From assembly GCF_006345805.1 (NCBI RefSeq), contig NC_042999.1, forward strand, positions 150,226,001 through 150,290,000: DNA of 64,000 nt, written 5' to 3'. Positions 12,408-25,170 of this stretch are shown in pieces. The stretch comes from Octopus sinensis (lineage: Eukaryota). Position 1 is the first letter of the stretch; each line of letters starts with the position of its first letter. The notes beneath the pieces were generated by a model. It searched no databases and was not told the DNA's origin. It saw only the letters and a list, made by a program, of their open reading frames with translations. Both the position numbers and the translations under genes were made by a program.

Positions 12408-12553
12408 CTTTACTACTCACAAGGGGCTAAACATAGAGGGACAAACAAGGACAGATAAAGGGATTAAGTCGATTACATTGACCCCAGTGCGAAACTGGTA
12501 CTTTATTTATCAAACCCGAAAGGATGAAAGGCAAAGTCGACCTCGGTGGAATT
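12404..12553 (-). mobile_element. Young OK-like SINE 3' half
   Basis: Reverse complement of the 46490-46634 copy (gaggtcgactttgcctttcatcctttcggg). Confidence 0.85.
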
Positions 12554-13559
12554 ATATATATATATAAATATGTGTGTGATTGTGTATATATTTATACATA
12601 CACACAGTGCACACACACACACACACACACACGCAGAGGGAGAGAGATATGTATATAAATATGCAATATTCATATATATACAGATAGAAAATTGTAATAA
12701 GTATAATCAGAAATGGAATACAGTTTGGATGGTTTTCATTTTCTTTTTTTTCTTCCATGAAACAATCATTTCTCTTTAATTAGATCATTAGATCATTGAA
12801 TCTTTGTAATTTTCCAAAAGAATTTTAAATGACTGGATTTTTTTTTTCTTTCTGACATGTGAGGGAAAATTTTCCATTCCAAAATAGATTTCGTTGTCAT
12901 TTGTCATTTGATTCAGAAATAATGTTGTAATTTTTTTTGTTTGAAAAAAACAAATATTGCAAAACTTGAGCATGGAATAAATAACCTACAAGAGAAATTG
13001 ATGTAATCTATTATATTTAAAACGAGTCACTGCTATGTGTGTATCTTATGGGGTATTTTAAGCTGTTTCTTCTTTTAGTTGTTTGGCAGGAAGTTGCAAA
13101 ATGTATAAAAGTAGTAGCACTGCTTGATAAGAGAGATAAGAAAAGTAGAGACAAATACTAAGAAGAGGTAACTGCTGTACATGAATTCAGGGAGGTAATA
13201 CAGTTTAGAATTAAGCATGTATCATCATTGAAGTCCCCACTGCTATATGCGCCTAAGAAGTCACATTGATTTTCATGTGATTTCAAGTACTTTTAGAACT
13301 AGGTCCTTCGATTGGTACTTACTCTTCCTTACTCACTCACACACACACACACGCATCATCTCTATCTCATTCTTTTTCTTTCTTCCTCTCTCGTGTACCC
13401 TACTTCTCTCTGTTTGTCTTCCTGTCTCCCTATCTATCTCTCCCTTATTGAGATAATCATTTTGGTTCCTTATCTTACTGCTACTACTTCCGCATTCTCT
13501 TTATCTCTGTCTCTCGGTCTGTCTGTATGTCTATCTATCTGTATATCTCTCTGTCTGTC

Positions 13560-13578
13560 TCCATATACATACATACAT

Positions 13579-13638
<60 letters not shown>

Positions 13639-13648
13639 CATACATACA

Positions 13649-13694
<46 letters not shown>

Positions 13695-13715
13695 CATACA
13701 CACACACATACATAG

Positions 13716-13748
<33 letters not shown>

Positions 13749-13830
13749 TATATACACACACTTACATAGATACATACATACATATATATATATATACACA
13801 CACACATGCATATGCACACACACACAGTGA
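13560..13830. repeat. Compound (TA)n/(TACA)n microsatellite
   Basis: Direct reading. Confidence 0.95.
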
Positions 13831-14039
13831 CAGATACACACATGCCAACACATCCCTCTCTGTCTATCTCTCTACAGGTCTTCCTCACTATCTACTCTAC
13901 CTGTCTCTATCTATCTCTCTCTCTCTCTCTCTCTTCTCTTCTTCCCAATGGACCTCACAAATTGGTCATAATTGACAAATGTGTTGTATGAAGTGATTGC
14001 AATTTAGTGACTAACACACTAATGCCATCACCACCACTA

Positions 14040-14620
14040 TACCTCTACTACTACTACTACTGAGGGTGCTGCTGCAACTACTTGTTTTACTGATACCGTC
14101 ACAAATGCTACTATTACCACCACCACCACCACTACTATTAGTACTACAACTACTACTAACCATTGCTACTACTCAACATACAACTACTTCTACCAGAACT
14201 ACTATCACTACTTAAAGTACACCCATTATCATTACTAGTACTATTGCTGCTGCTGCTGCTGCTACTACTACTACTACTACTACTACTAAGATGACTATCA
14301 CCAGAATCACCACCCCTACCACAAATATATTACCACCAAAATCACTGCTACTACTGCCACCACCATCACCACTGTTACCAAAATCACCACCAGCACCATC
14401 ACAAATACACTACCATCAAAATCACCGCTACTGCCGCTGCCACCACCAGCACCACCACTACCACTACCATAATCACCACCACTCTGTTACCAAAATCACC
14501 GCAAATATACTACCACCAAAACTGCCTCCGCCACCACCACCACAAATATACTACCACCAAAACCACCACCGCTGCCACGACGACTATCACCAAAATCACT
14601 ACTATCAATACTAGCGATAT
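14040..14620. repeat. (CTA)n/(CAC)n low-complexity tract with recurring caaatata(c/t)taccaccaaaa-like unit
   Basis: Unit seen near 14323, 14403, 14503 and 14543. Confidence 0.85.
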
Positions 14621-14642
14621 TCACACTTGCTAATATTGTCTC

Positions 14643-14753
14643 TTACTGCTTGGTACTGTTTGTTCCTTCCGATGCCAAGACTGCACGACTGTTTGACTGC
14701 ACATGTGATTTCTTACTGCAGCTGCTGTCACTCACCACAGTTCTGAATACCAA
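14643..14753 (-). CDS. Candidate host exon: 18-nt micro-exon (14736-14753, LVFRTV) or terminal exon LVFRTVVSDSS...TNSTKQ*
   Basis: Acceptor ccttcccttttcctgctgcttcag; consensus donor GTG|gtgagt; only frame 0 stays open to the stop at 14643. Confidence 0.35.
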   Translation of the reverse strand: MVFRTVVSDSSCSKKSHVQSNSRAVLASEGTNSTKQ

Positions 14754-15057
14754 CTGAAGCAGCAGGAAAAGGGAAGGTTTATTGAGAAATTTGTAAATTT
14801 CTGATACCATAGAAGTTCCAATAAATGTTACACAGTTGAAGATGCCAATACACGTAGTAATGATGATGATGATGTAAATAGACATCATACACGCACATGC
14901 ACAATCACACACGTATGCATGTGTGTGCATGCATAAATTTACATCTGCATCTCTTTCTCCCTATATATATCATCATCATCATTTAACGTCCGTTTTCCAT
15001 GCTAGCATGGGTTGGACGGTTCGACAGGAGTCTGGGAAGCCAGGAGGCTGCACCAGG

Positions 15058-15059
<2 letters not shown>

Positions 15060-15107
<48 letters not shown>

Positions 15108-15211
15108 TGCATATATATGCATACACACACAGATATATATATATATATGCATACACACACAGAGATATATATATATATATATATGCATGCATATATATTG
15201 CATACACACAC

Positions 15212-15266
<55 letters not shown>

Positions 15267-15300
15267 ATATATGCATGCATATATATTGCATACACACACA

Positions 15301-15340
<40 letters not shown>

Positions 15341-15364
15341 TGCATATATATTGCATACACACAC

Positions 15365-15411
<47 letters not shown>

Positions 15412-15490
15412 TGCATATATATTGCATACACACACACAGAGATATATATATATATATATGCATGCATATATATTGCATACACACACAGAG

Positions 15491-15520
<30 letters not shown>
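15060..15520. repeat. Minisatellite built of (TA)n-gcatgcatatatattgcatacacacacaga units
   Basis: About 7 units of variable TA length, directly after a truncated RTE-tail repeat (14969-15060). Confidence 0.9.
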
Positions 15521-15521
<1 letters not shown>

Positions 15522-15561
15522 TAATGTTATATTTATATATATCTTGTAGCGTTTATCTGTA

Positions 15562-15597
<36 letters not shown>

Positions 15598-15653
15598 GTT
15601 TTGGGATTTGGTTTGCAAGATTCTTTATATGAGTTCGTGTGTTGAAGCATATT

Positions 15654-15876
15654 CTGTTGTGTCTGGGGAGAGTCATTCTCTTTTAGTGCCTTATTATTTA
15701 ACACACTGACCGGTAAAATTTCCACTTATTTCTTATTTTTTATTTTCTATTGAAAAGGTTGTAAGACTCAACGAAAACTTTAGAAAATAAAAAATAAGAA
15801 ATAAGTGGAAATTTTACCAGTGAGTGTGTTAAATAATAAGGCACTAAAAGAGAATGACTCTCCTCAAACACAACAG
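15654..15876. repeat. Inverted repeat, 96-bp arms, 31-nt spacer
   Basis: 15654-15749 is the reverse complement of 15781-15876 with 4 mismatches by eye. Confidence 0.92.
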
Positions 15877-16694
15877 TATATTATATATATTTGTAGTGGT
15901 GAGAGACAACAATAGTTGCAGGGAAGATAGTAGAATTAGGGGCATGGTGATGATGATGATTATGATGATAACAATGCTAAGGAAGAAGAGAAAGATGCAC
16001 AAACATGTGTGTATGCACACACACATACACGCATGCACACACACACATGCATGCATGCATGTCACAAGATGGCTACATTAATATCATTTGAGTGAAGAAT
16101 CTCAATGCAGCAGTATCATTATTAGTTCTGTGGCTGACCCCATGACCTACTTCAAATATAAAAATCTGACACCTTCAGACCAGTTCATCATTAAACATTT
16201 CACTTGCTTGTGATGGCATTTTCATTGGGGTTATCGTTGTTGGCGGGGAGTGGGGTGGGGGGGACAAAAACACAACAAAAAACCTGAAAACAATCCACCA
16301 TTTCCCCTTTATATGGTGACAGCTATTACTATACTTTGTTAATCAGATGTTTTATTCTGCCTTTCCTGTTTCACAGAATGCCATACAGTCACTGACATGG
16401 TGACAGAATGTGTTTCATGATGGGCCTTTCAGTTGCATCATTGGTATCACTAACTCACTGTTGTATTGTTTCCACTCTTTGTTTACTCCCCTACTACTAC
16501 TACAACAGCCCCAACTTTTTTAAACTAGCTAGCTGTGTACCATCTGCACCTTCACCATTCATCTCCCCAAGACCCATTATCATTTCTCCCACTGTCTCCT
16601 CTTCCAAACATTACATTAAAACTAATGGGTCTGAAATTAACCAATACCAGCACCTCACCCACAAAACTATTTGGGAACAACAGCACCAGCTCCT

Positions 16695-16995
16695 CTTCAT
16701 CAGCATCATTATTTAATGTCCACTTTCCATGCTGGCATGGGTTGGACGGTTTGACTGAGGACAGGCGAGCCAGATAGCTGAACCAGGCTCCAATCAGATC
16801 TGGCAGAGTTTCTACAGCTGGATGCCCTTCTTAACACCAACCACTCTGAGAGTGTAGTAGGTGCTTTTACGTGCCACTGCCATTCGGACCAGTCAGGTGG
16901 TACTGGCAACGGCCATGCTCAAATGGTGTATTTTACATGCCACCTACACAGGAGCCAGCCCAGCGGTACTGGCAACGACCTCGCTCGGCACAATG
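16695..16995 (-). mobile_element. RTE 3' UTR-type repeat, 2 cassette units
   Basis: tttaatgtccactttccatgctggcatggg...ggtgcttttacgtgcc...ggtgtattttacatgccacc. Confidence 0.8.
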
Positions 16996-17329
16996 TGAAG
17001 ACAAAATAGAGTTAGCATCCATGAAATTCTTCTTTCTTTGCCATGGTGTTGGATAATTTATAAAAGTTTAAAATTATCTCAACCCATATACGCACATAAA
17101 AAAATGAAGGTCTTAAAATTTCACTGTATTTAGTTTAAACATTATGGTAAGCTTTCATAATCTGGAAGAGAAGGACAGTATGCAACTGTTAGCTACAGGT
17201 GTTGACTACCAAAATTTCATATGCTTCTTGGTGGTTTCATGTCCAAACAAGTAGGAATAAGTTTTGCATTGCAAAAACACAACCAGACGTATATATGGGT
17301 TAATTTTATTAAGCATATCAATTTGTCTG

Positions 17330-17620
17330 ACTTAGGAGACTACTCAACATTAAGTGGTTGGAAAGAGTCTGAAATGACTCAGTTGAGACAATAACGGGAA
17401 TTGACAGGATTCAGCCACTGGAACTGGGTCAAACATATTTTCAGATGAGATCAAAAATATGATTGTATGGTGGGAGCCTGAGGGGAAAAGAGCAGCAGGG
17501 TGCCCTAAAAGCACATAGAAAGTAGTTGAAAAGGAAGCTGGAATGGGACCAGAACAGTGGCTGGTTGGAGAGATCGTGTTCCAGCCTTATGTGCCTCGTG
17601 GCATGGAGAGAACTAACTAA
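17330..17620 (+). mobile_element. RTE-clade LINE ORF C-terminus relic
   Basis: Frames give HWNWVKHIFR, WWEPEGKRAAGCPKST and DRVPALCASWHGEN*, followed by a (CTAA) tail. Confidence 0.7.
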
Positions 17621-18679
17621 TTAAGTGATTAGGGTGTTGCGCTCATGATCATAAGATTTCTGAACCAGGTGGTGTGTTGTGTTCCAGAGCAAAGTGCTTC
17701 GTTCCACATTGCTCCAGTTCACTCAGCAGAAAGCAAGTTCCATCAATAGCTGAGAAGTTAAACCCTGCAATAGATTGGCACCCCATTTAAGTGGGGTTGA
17801 GTGTTGTAATCTATCACACATACACCATGGAAACCAGAGTTAATAAACACCAGCTTTTGTTTAACCATAAACATGGTTGACCAGAAGATACCCAACAATA
17901 ATAATCATAAGCTCTGCTTATGATATCGCCCTCTCTTCTATTCTCCTTCTCTGAGTCTTAGAAGTGGTTAACTAACCAAGCAGAGACAACATAGAATTAC
18001 GAAGACTCTTTAGTCTTTCTGAGAGCATAACAACCTCTCTATTACTGGTGCCACAAGAAATGTACCCAGTACAATCTGTTAAGTGGTTGGTGTTAAGAAG
18101 GGCATTCAGCTGTAAAAATCATGTTAAGAACCAGACGACCAAGTGAGATGTGATCCTCCAACCCCATCTTAGGAGAGCAGTGACTCCAAATAAGAACTGA
18201 CTCTGACCATAATGAACTGTCCAAATAATGCCAAGGTGGACATAAAATAATGTTGATGATGATTACCACCATCAATATAGAATAGCCTGAACTTCATAGT
18301 ATTTAGTGTTGTCTTTCAGTCCAAATTCTTGAGGAGTTGGCAAAATAAGAAAGAATAATATAATGGAGTCGCTGTCAGTTGATTACTCCTGATCCGTGAA
18401 ACTGTCCTCTGTATGATCTTTTGGTTAATGAAGGGAGGAGTACAACTCCTTAGTTTCTGAGAAGAGACCTAAATTATTATTATTATTATTATTCCTCTTC
18501 TTCCTCCTCTTCCAACTTCTCCTTCCACTTCTTCTTCTATTGTTGTTGTTACCACCACCACCACTACTGCTAAAAACTTCATAATTGCCTTCACATAACT
18601 GACATGTAAAGATCTCCCTTCATATCTGGAGGTCATCAACTTAACACATTTTATGCATTCAACACTGGCCAATCAGATT

Positions 18680-19040
18680 TTACTGTTGATTCCAGTCCTT
18701 GACAAGTTTAACATCTTCCCTAAATATAGTGTTGCAAATGGCTAAATGCATAATTTTCAACAAAGATTTAAATCTAAACACTACATCCTTCAAAATTTCT
18801 ATGGCTTCTTGAAATTCACCAACATTACTCCTGACATGTCTATGCACTTTTCCTTTTAATGGCTCTTTTATGGTTCTCACTATTCTATCTTGTCCAGCTT
18901 ATTAGGAATGTACTTTTTGGCTTTCTTTGTTGTCTTTCTTTACTTGACTTATTGTTTGCTTTTTGTCCTCTCTTTCACTCCTTTCCAGTGGGTTGTAGTG
19001 TACCTGGCCACTATGCAATACACTTATCATTATTATTATT
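18680..19040 (+). mobile_element. CR1/L2-like LINE 3' end with (ATT)n tail
   Basis: catccttcaaaatttctatg...caacattactcctga matches 48330-48380 on the minus strand; ends cacttatcattattattatt. Confidence 0.65.
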
Positions 19041-19096
19041 GCCTTTGCACAGCTTCTAATTCTGGAGATAATACACTTATCATTATTATTATTATT

Positions 19097-21454
19097 GCCT
19101 TTGCACAGCTTCTAACACTGGAAATGTATTACAGTGTCAGCTGTTCACTACCAGTGAACTAAGGTAACACCTCTTATTTTTCAAGCACCTTCCGAAGTAT
19201 TTGATCAGTTTCAAGTAGTGCTGTTTTCTGTAAGTGCTCCACCCTTATTGCAGCCCCTGTTTGTTCCATGTACTTCTCGAGATTTTTGCTCACTGTTCCC
19301 AGGGCTCCGACAATTATTGGTACAACTGCTACCTTTTTCATCGTCCAGAACTGCTTAACTTCCCAAACTAACCTGTCATATCTCTCGACTTCTCTTTCTT
19401 CCTTATCGCATACTTTGTTGTCAGCTGGGCATGCTATATCTATGATCCAGCATAGTCCTGCTTCCTATTCTCTATCTCATGGGTGCACTGAATCATAAAA
19501 TCCCATAGGATCTTTGTATTTCCATTTTCAACGATGCCATCAGGTTTGTGGTTGTACCAATTTTTTGCTCTGTCAAGTCCATACGTGTTGCAGAGTGTCC
19601 AATGGACAAGCCTGGCTGTATTGTCATGGCATCTGTTATATTCCTTCTGGGTTAGTGGTATACATTGGCTGGTAATATGCCATATGGTTTCACTGTTTTG
19701 TCCACAGATTCTGCACGCATCACTTTCTGCTGTGTTGTCTATTCTGTATTTTATGTAGTTTGTTCTTAGTGCTTGCTCTTGGACAGCACAGATTAGAATC
19801 TCTGTTTCTGGTTTTAAATCACTTTTAGTCATCCACAGCCATCTTTTTTCTCTGTCTGTCTTATCTTCAACATCCCTATGAAATTGACCATGCATTCTTT
19901 TCTTAACCCACCTATTTTCAGCTTCATTTGTTTTCAATTTTTTGTATAGTGCTTTATCTTTGCAATCTTTCATCCTACACAAGCCTGACCTTCCTACTTC
20001 TTATAATAGCAGTTCTGTGGCATTTTTTTTACATTCCATGCTATGTTGTTTTCTTCTGCTCTAATGCTGTGTTCGCATCCAGTAAGTCCTCTTCCCTCTC
20101 TTTTTCTTGGTACATACAGTCTGTCTGTGTCATTTTTTTGGATGGAGTGACCCATATCTAGTTAGCAACTTCCTTGTCTTTCTGTCTAAGCTGTTTAGTT
20201 CATGTACTGTCCATGCGATTACCCCTGCTCCACCACTGAAGGTATACACCGTATCAACAAGGGAACTGACTTGGGCTTCATCTTTACCATAAAGTTTGAG
20301 GTCTCCATGAATAACAGATACTTGACTTTTTTCTAGCAGCTTTTGAATACATACCCAGCTTTTGCTTTCCTCAGAATCATTGTTAGTGGTATCAAGCACA
20401 GTACAAAGATCAGTGGGGTCAGGCAGTCTCCTTGGAAGATGCCCCTCCTAATTTCTACTGTTCCTAAACTTCTTTCATGTGCTGTTAGGAGCGTCCTCCA
20501 ATTTGCCATACTTTTTCCAAGCAATCGCTCAACATTCTATGCAATACCAAATAGGTTCATACACTTCATAATCCAAGAATGTGGGATCATATTGTACACC
20601 TTACGATAGTCGATCCATGACATGGCTAAGTTACTTTTCCTCCTCTTGCAGTCTCTAAGTACAGTTTTGTCTATCAGGAGTTGATCCTTGGTACCTCTGC
20701 ACTTACGCTTGCAACCCATCTGCTCATGTGGCAGGACTCCATTTTTTACCAGATGTTCGTACATTGACTTAGCAAGTATTCCAGTCAGTAACTTCCACAT
20801 AGGTGGCAAACAGGATATTGGTCTGCAATTGTCTACCGTATTGCCTTTTTCGATGTTTTTCAGGTACAGCACTGTCCTACCCAGTGTCAACCACTCTGGT
20901 GTTCCTTGGTTGGCATTTAACAAGATGTTGAGTTGTACAGCTATTTGTGCATGACATTCACCAAATCTTTTGAAACAGTAGCCTTGAACTCCATCTGGTC
21001 CTGGGGCCTTCCAGTTACTCATTTTTTTTGCTGATTTCCTTCACTTCCCTAACTGAAATGACTAGTTCTGCCTGTTTTGGACAGACTACTATTTGTTTCA
21101 TTTCTTGCAACCATTCAGCATCCTTCTTGTGATCCTTGTCTTTGCTCCAGATGTCACTCCAAAACCTTTGACTTTCAATGTTATCTGGTATCAACTTTTC
21201 ATCTGTATACTCTCCATTTATTTCTTTATATAATCTCTTCTGATCTACTCTGAATAACCTATTCTGGTGGTAACCCTTCATTCTTTGGTCGTATCTTACC
21301 ATCTTTGCCTTCTTTGCAACGAGGTGCTGTTTCAGTTCCTCTACTATTACTTTCAGACCCTTTCCTTCAATATTATACTTCCTTTTCAACACCCTGTATT
21401 TTTGTTCGCTTTTAAGCTCCCCTTTCTCTTTTTGATCTAACACAGAGATTTCCC
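19097..21454 (-). mobile_element. 5'-truncated R4/Dong-clade non-LTR retrotransposon (RT, CCHC knuckle, restriction-like endonuclease), inactivated
   Basis: [77 protein letters not shown]...ALGTVSKN...LRKVLEK* (stop 19174-19176); frameshifts and stops; (ATT)n on both flanks. Confidence 0.93.
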
Positions 21455-22265
21455 ATTATTATTATTATTATTATAAATTCTGGACTATTCAAAATTCATA
21501 AGTTGTAAAAAGATTGTAATATGTTGCTTTCATACCAAACCAAACCCAACCCATAAAATTGGTAATAGTTAGCATCTGTTGTCAAAGGATCCCTACCCCC
21601 TTCCTTCATCCAGAAATAGTACCTAGGTACCTAGATACCTCCTTGCAGTTCACAACTGGATAAAAGCCCTACTGCTAAGAGTGAGATATGTTGTTTAGGA
21701 AACATAGATTCACCAGATATATGTTGCGTACAAACGTACACACATACATATATATTGCTCCACACACACACATACATACATATTGCCTACATGAAGGTTG
21801 CCTACAAACATATATATATATATATATATTGCCTATATACTTAACAATCAAAAGCACTCTGAACATGATCAAACAATGAACTGATTCAGTTTACCAGATG
21901 GAAGATGTTGATGGGGAGCATAGACCATATGGAAGTCTGCGACCAGCTATACCGTAGGAATAGGGTCAGTGAGTTAAAGATGATGTAAAAAGGATTCTGT
22001 ATAACTTTTAGATAAATGTTTTAGAGATAACTTACTAAAAGCATTGATTTAAGAATATATTAGATGAGAGGCTATATGTTATTTTAGCTGTTTTGTTATC
22101 AAATAAAGCGAGGAACAAAATAAGTTTGATATGATACACCTGATAATAATGCTGGTTTTTTTTTTAATATTTTAATATCATATTACTCATGTTTATGAAA
22201 AATGTCAAAATATTTAGGAAAGGTTTGCTTTATTGATGCATGCATGCATACCTGTGCATACACAC

Positions 22266-22322
<57 letters not shown>

Positions 22323-22695
22323 TGTGTGTGTGTGTAAATAAAAGGATATTTTTTGTTTTCTTTTGGATCTTATTCTCAAGAAGTTTAATATAATTCTGGG
22401 TAAAATGTTATATATTACTTTTAAATGAAATATTGCAAATATGTAAAAACAAAATATAAGATCAATATTTATCTCATCCACATATTTGACAAACAGTTAA
22501 ATATTTGCCCATTCAAAATCAAGCATTATTGACTTAAAAAGAAAGGAGACCTAAGGCTGTGATGTGACTCATTTCCTGAAGTACATTAATGACGTAAGTA
22601 AAACTGCTACAACTGGGAATCAGACCTAGTTGGCAGAGTCTGTTTACTTCAAGATAACTGCCAATTCTACTACACTCACCTCAGTTTGACTGCAT

Positions 22696-23085
22696 CGTCA
22701 TCATCATCATCATCATCATCATTTAACATCCACTTTCCATGCTAGCATGGGTTGGATGGTTTGACTGAGGACTGGCAAGCTGGGCAGATACACCAGGTTC
22801 CAATCTGATCTGGCAAGGTTTCTACAGCTGGATGTCCTTCCTGACGCCAATCACTCTGAGAGTGTAATGGGTGCTTTTTATGTGCCACTGACATGGGAAC
22901 CAGTCAGGCGGCACTGACCATGCTCAAATGGTGCTTTTTACTTGCCACTGACACAGGAGCCAGTCAGGTGGCACTGGCACCAACATGCTCGAATGGTGCT
23001 TTCTACATGCCACCAGCATGGGTGCCAGTCCAGTGACACTGACACCAACCATGCTCGAATGGTGCCTGTTACATGCTACCATTTC
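22696..23085 (-). mobile_element. RTE 3' UTR-type repeat, 4 cassette units
   Basis: ggtgcttt...gcca motifs near 22871, 22930, 22996 and 23061. Confidence 0.8.
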
Positions 23086-23186
23086 AGGAGCTTGTCAGGT
23101 GTTATATCTTTTTTCTTCTTCTTCGAGTGGCCACAACTGAGAAGCATTTCACCAGTGCCACATCAGGAATCTCTATCCACTCGTAC

Positions 23187-23218
23187 CTTTAGCAGATCTT
23201 CAGTTTCATAATGTGTGT
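23187..23218 (-). CDS. Candidate 32-nt host exon (xTHYETEDLLK)
   Basis: tatattacag|ACAC...CTAAAG|gtacga; its phase-0 end is compatible with the 14753 candidate. Confidence 0.25.
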
Positions 23219-23384
23219 CTGTAATATATAACATCTAATATGGTCTAATATTCAGTAGGATAATAGTGACCAGCAAAGCCTACCCAGTATTAAATAGCAG
23301 TAGTAGAGATGAATGCAATGTGTCCTGAAATCTTATCTTTGGTCTTGTGCTCTCTAGATATTCACTTCATTTATCTTCATCTTC

Positions 23385-23720
23385 ATTTAGCATCCACTTT
23401 TCCATGTTTGCATGGTTCAGACAGAATTTGTTGTGGCAGATTTTCTAATATTACCTGTCTCTAAGTAAGGTAATATTTCCCCATGTGTGAGATGGTAATG
23501 CTCATTTACAAACCATGAATCACATGATGCCAAGACAAGGTTACACACACGCGCGCATGCATGATGAGCTTCTTTCAATTTCTGTCTAGTAAACCTACTC
23601 ACAAGGCCTTGGTTGACCTGGAGCTATAGCAGAAAACATTTGCTCAGTGTGCTATGCAGTGAGATGGAACTCAAGACCACATGGTTGGTAAGCAAGTTTC
23701 TTAACCACACAGCCATGCCT
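23385..23720 (-). mobile_element. Second RTE-type tail family plus OR-like SINE head
   Basis: ttccatgtttgcatgg..cagacagaatttgttg..gcagattttcta; SINE head accacatggttggtaagcaagtttcttaaccacacagcc. Confidence 0.6.
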
Positions 23721-24837
23721 GTGCTTTGTTTAGAATTCTTTTAAGAAATTAATGAGTGTCAATATGTTGATTCCTCTATTTTTTGCTATCAATAGAAACA
23801 GGCATCCATTTTTGGATACGACAGATTGTGTATATGACATTTAATTCTATGTAAGAAATTGCAAGTTAATTTCTCATTTCCTTTTAAAAATAGGAAGAAA
23901 TTTTATTACCAGAATTTCACAGCAATATTTTATGTTTCTATTTTTATTCTAAAAAAATTTGAATCAGTTGAACATGGAAATAATTATGTCATTAAGATCT
24001 GAAAACTACTAATGGTTTTTTTTTTAGTTTTGTATTTATTTTGTTTTGATGGTGTGTTTGTATGTCTGGTTGTCCATCTGTCTTCTACTGTTGGCAAGAA
24101 AGAAAATGACGCTCACTAGTCGCCCTCTACATGAATTACAGTATAGCATGTGCATACACTTTCTCTCCCAGCCTCACACTCACATGGCTAAACCCTGCTG
24201 TAGATACTACTAACACATACTACTCATTCATGTACTCCTCACACTAACATCTGTTTCATTGAAACTCCTCTCTACATAGTTTAAAACCCAAAGATCTATG
24301 ATCTACGTGATGATAATGTTTTGGTGGAAATATTTCATTCTATGCTCTGCTTCCTGGTTATGAAGTCAGACTTTGTGCGTTTCAGCTTTTTCAAAACATA
24401 TGGGTTGTTGGGAAGATGGAGGTGAGGGTGGGGCAGGCGAGAGAAATGTGGGAAATGTCAGATAATAAAGCTTTGTGTATTTTTAGAAATGAAGCCATCG
24501 TGCACATCTTGTCCCAGAACATGTCCTTGTTTAAAAGTGTTTCTGACAAAAATTATCATCATCGTTTTAACCACCAGCTTAATATCAGCTTCCTCCCCCC
24601 TCTGCTGATTAAGGTTCACTGGATAAATTTACACAATAGTGTATTTTCATATATCTGTGGAGATAAACTTTCTTAAAATTTGGTTTAACTCTTTTGTCCC
24701 AAATTTTCTGTGGCCCAGTTTTTCTCAGATTTGCTTGTTCCCAGGCCCACTTCCTCACTGGACTGCCCCTTTCCTGGTCTACCTCTTCTCTTGTCCTTTA
24801 ATTCTCTTCTGTTATGTAGCATTTCATTCTGTAATAT

Positions 24838-25080
24838 TTAATCCCTTAATATTCAAACAGGCCATATCTGGCCCAAATATTCTACCTGTTTTATGTTTGA
24901 ACTGCTAGATCTGGCCTCTCTCGCTTATTCTTCAGTGTCATTGTAAAAAATATACAATCACATCATTGAAATCACAAAGCTAAGAGATAAGGCATGGTTA
25001 ATTGAAAACAATGTGAATAAATAGGCATTGCATTTGACAGAATATTTAAATATTTAAATAATATTTAAATGGTAATATTT
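24838..25080 (-). mobile_element. piggyBac-type MITE family 2
   Basis: ttaatcccttaatattcaaacaggccatatctggcccaaat is the reverse complement of the end of the 38296-38516 copy. Confidence 0.55.
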
Positions 25081-25086
25081 AATTAT

Positions 25087-25170
25087 GGTGCAGCCATCTG
25101 GTTCGCCAGTCCTCAGTCAAATCGTCCAACCCATGCTAGCATGGAAAGCGGACGTTAAACGATGATGATG
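25087..25170 (+). mobile_element. Short young RTE tail
   Basis: cgtccaacccatgctagcatggaaagcggacgttaaacgatgatgatga. Confidence 0.8.

Noticed and set aside
14291-14614. His/Pro-rich 107-aa ORF
   Set aside because: Product of CAC/CTA low-complexity DNA
13312-15725. Many 100-236 aa ORFs (IYIYIY, HTHT, VCVC)
   Set aside because: Translations of TA/CA microsatellites that lack stop codons; same for similar ORFs across the window
22871-23085. Repeat-spacer pattern resembling a CRISPR array
   Set aside because: Units are the RTE 3' UTR cassette, spacers are related to each other, no cas genes, eukaryotic context
24386-24421. Plus-strand 36-nt exon candidate with cag/gtgagg
   Set aside because: Open in all frames, no recognisable peptide, no linked exons
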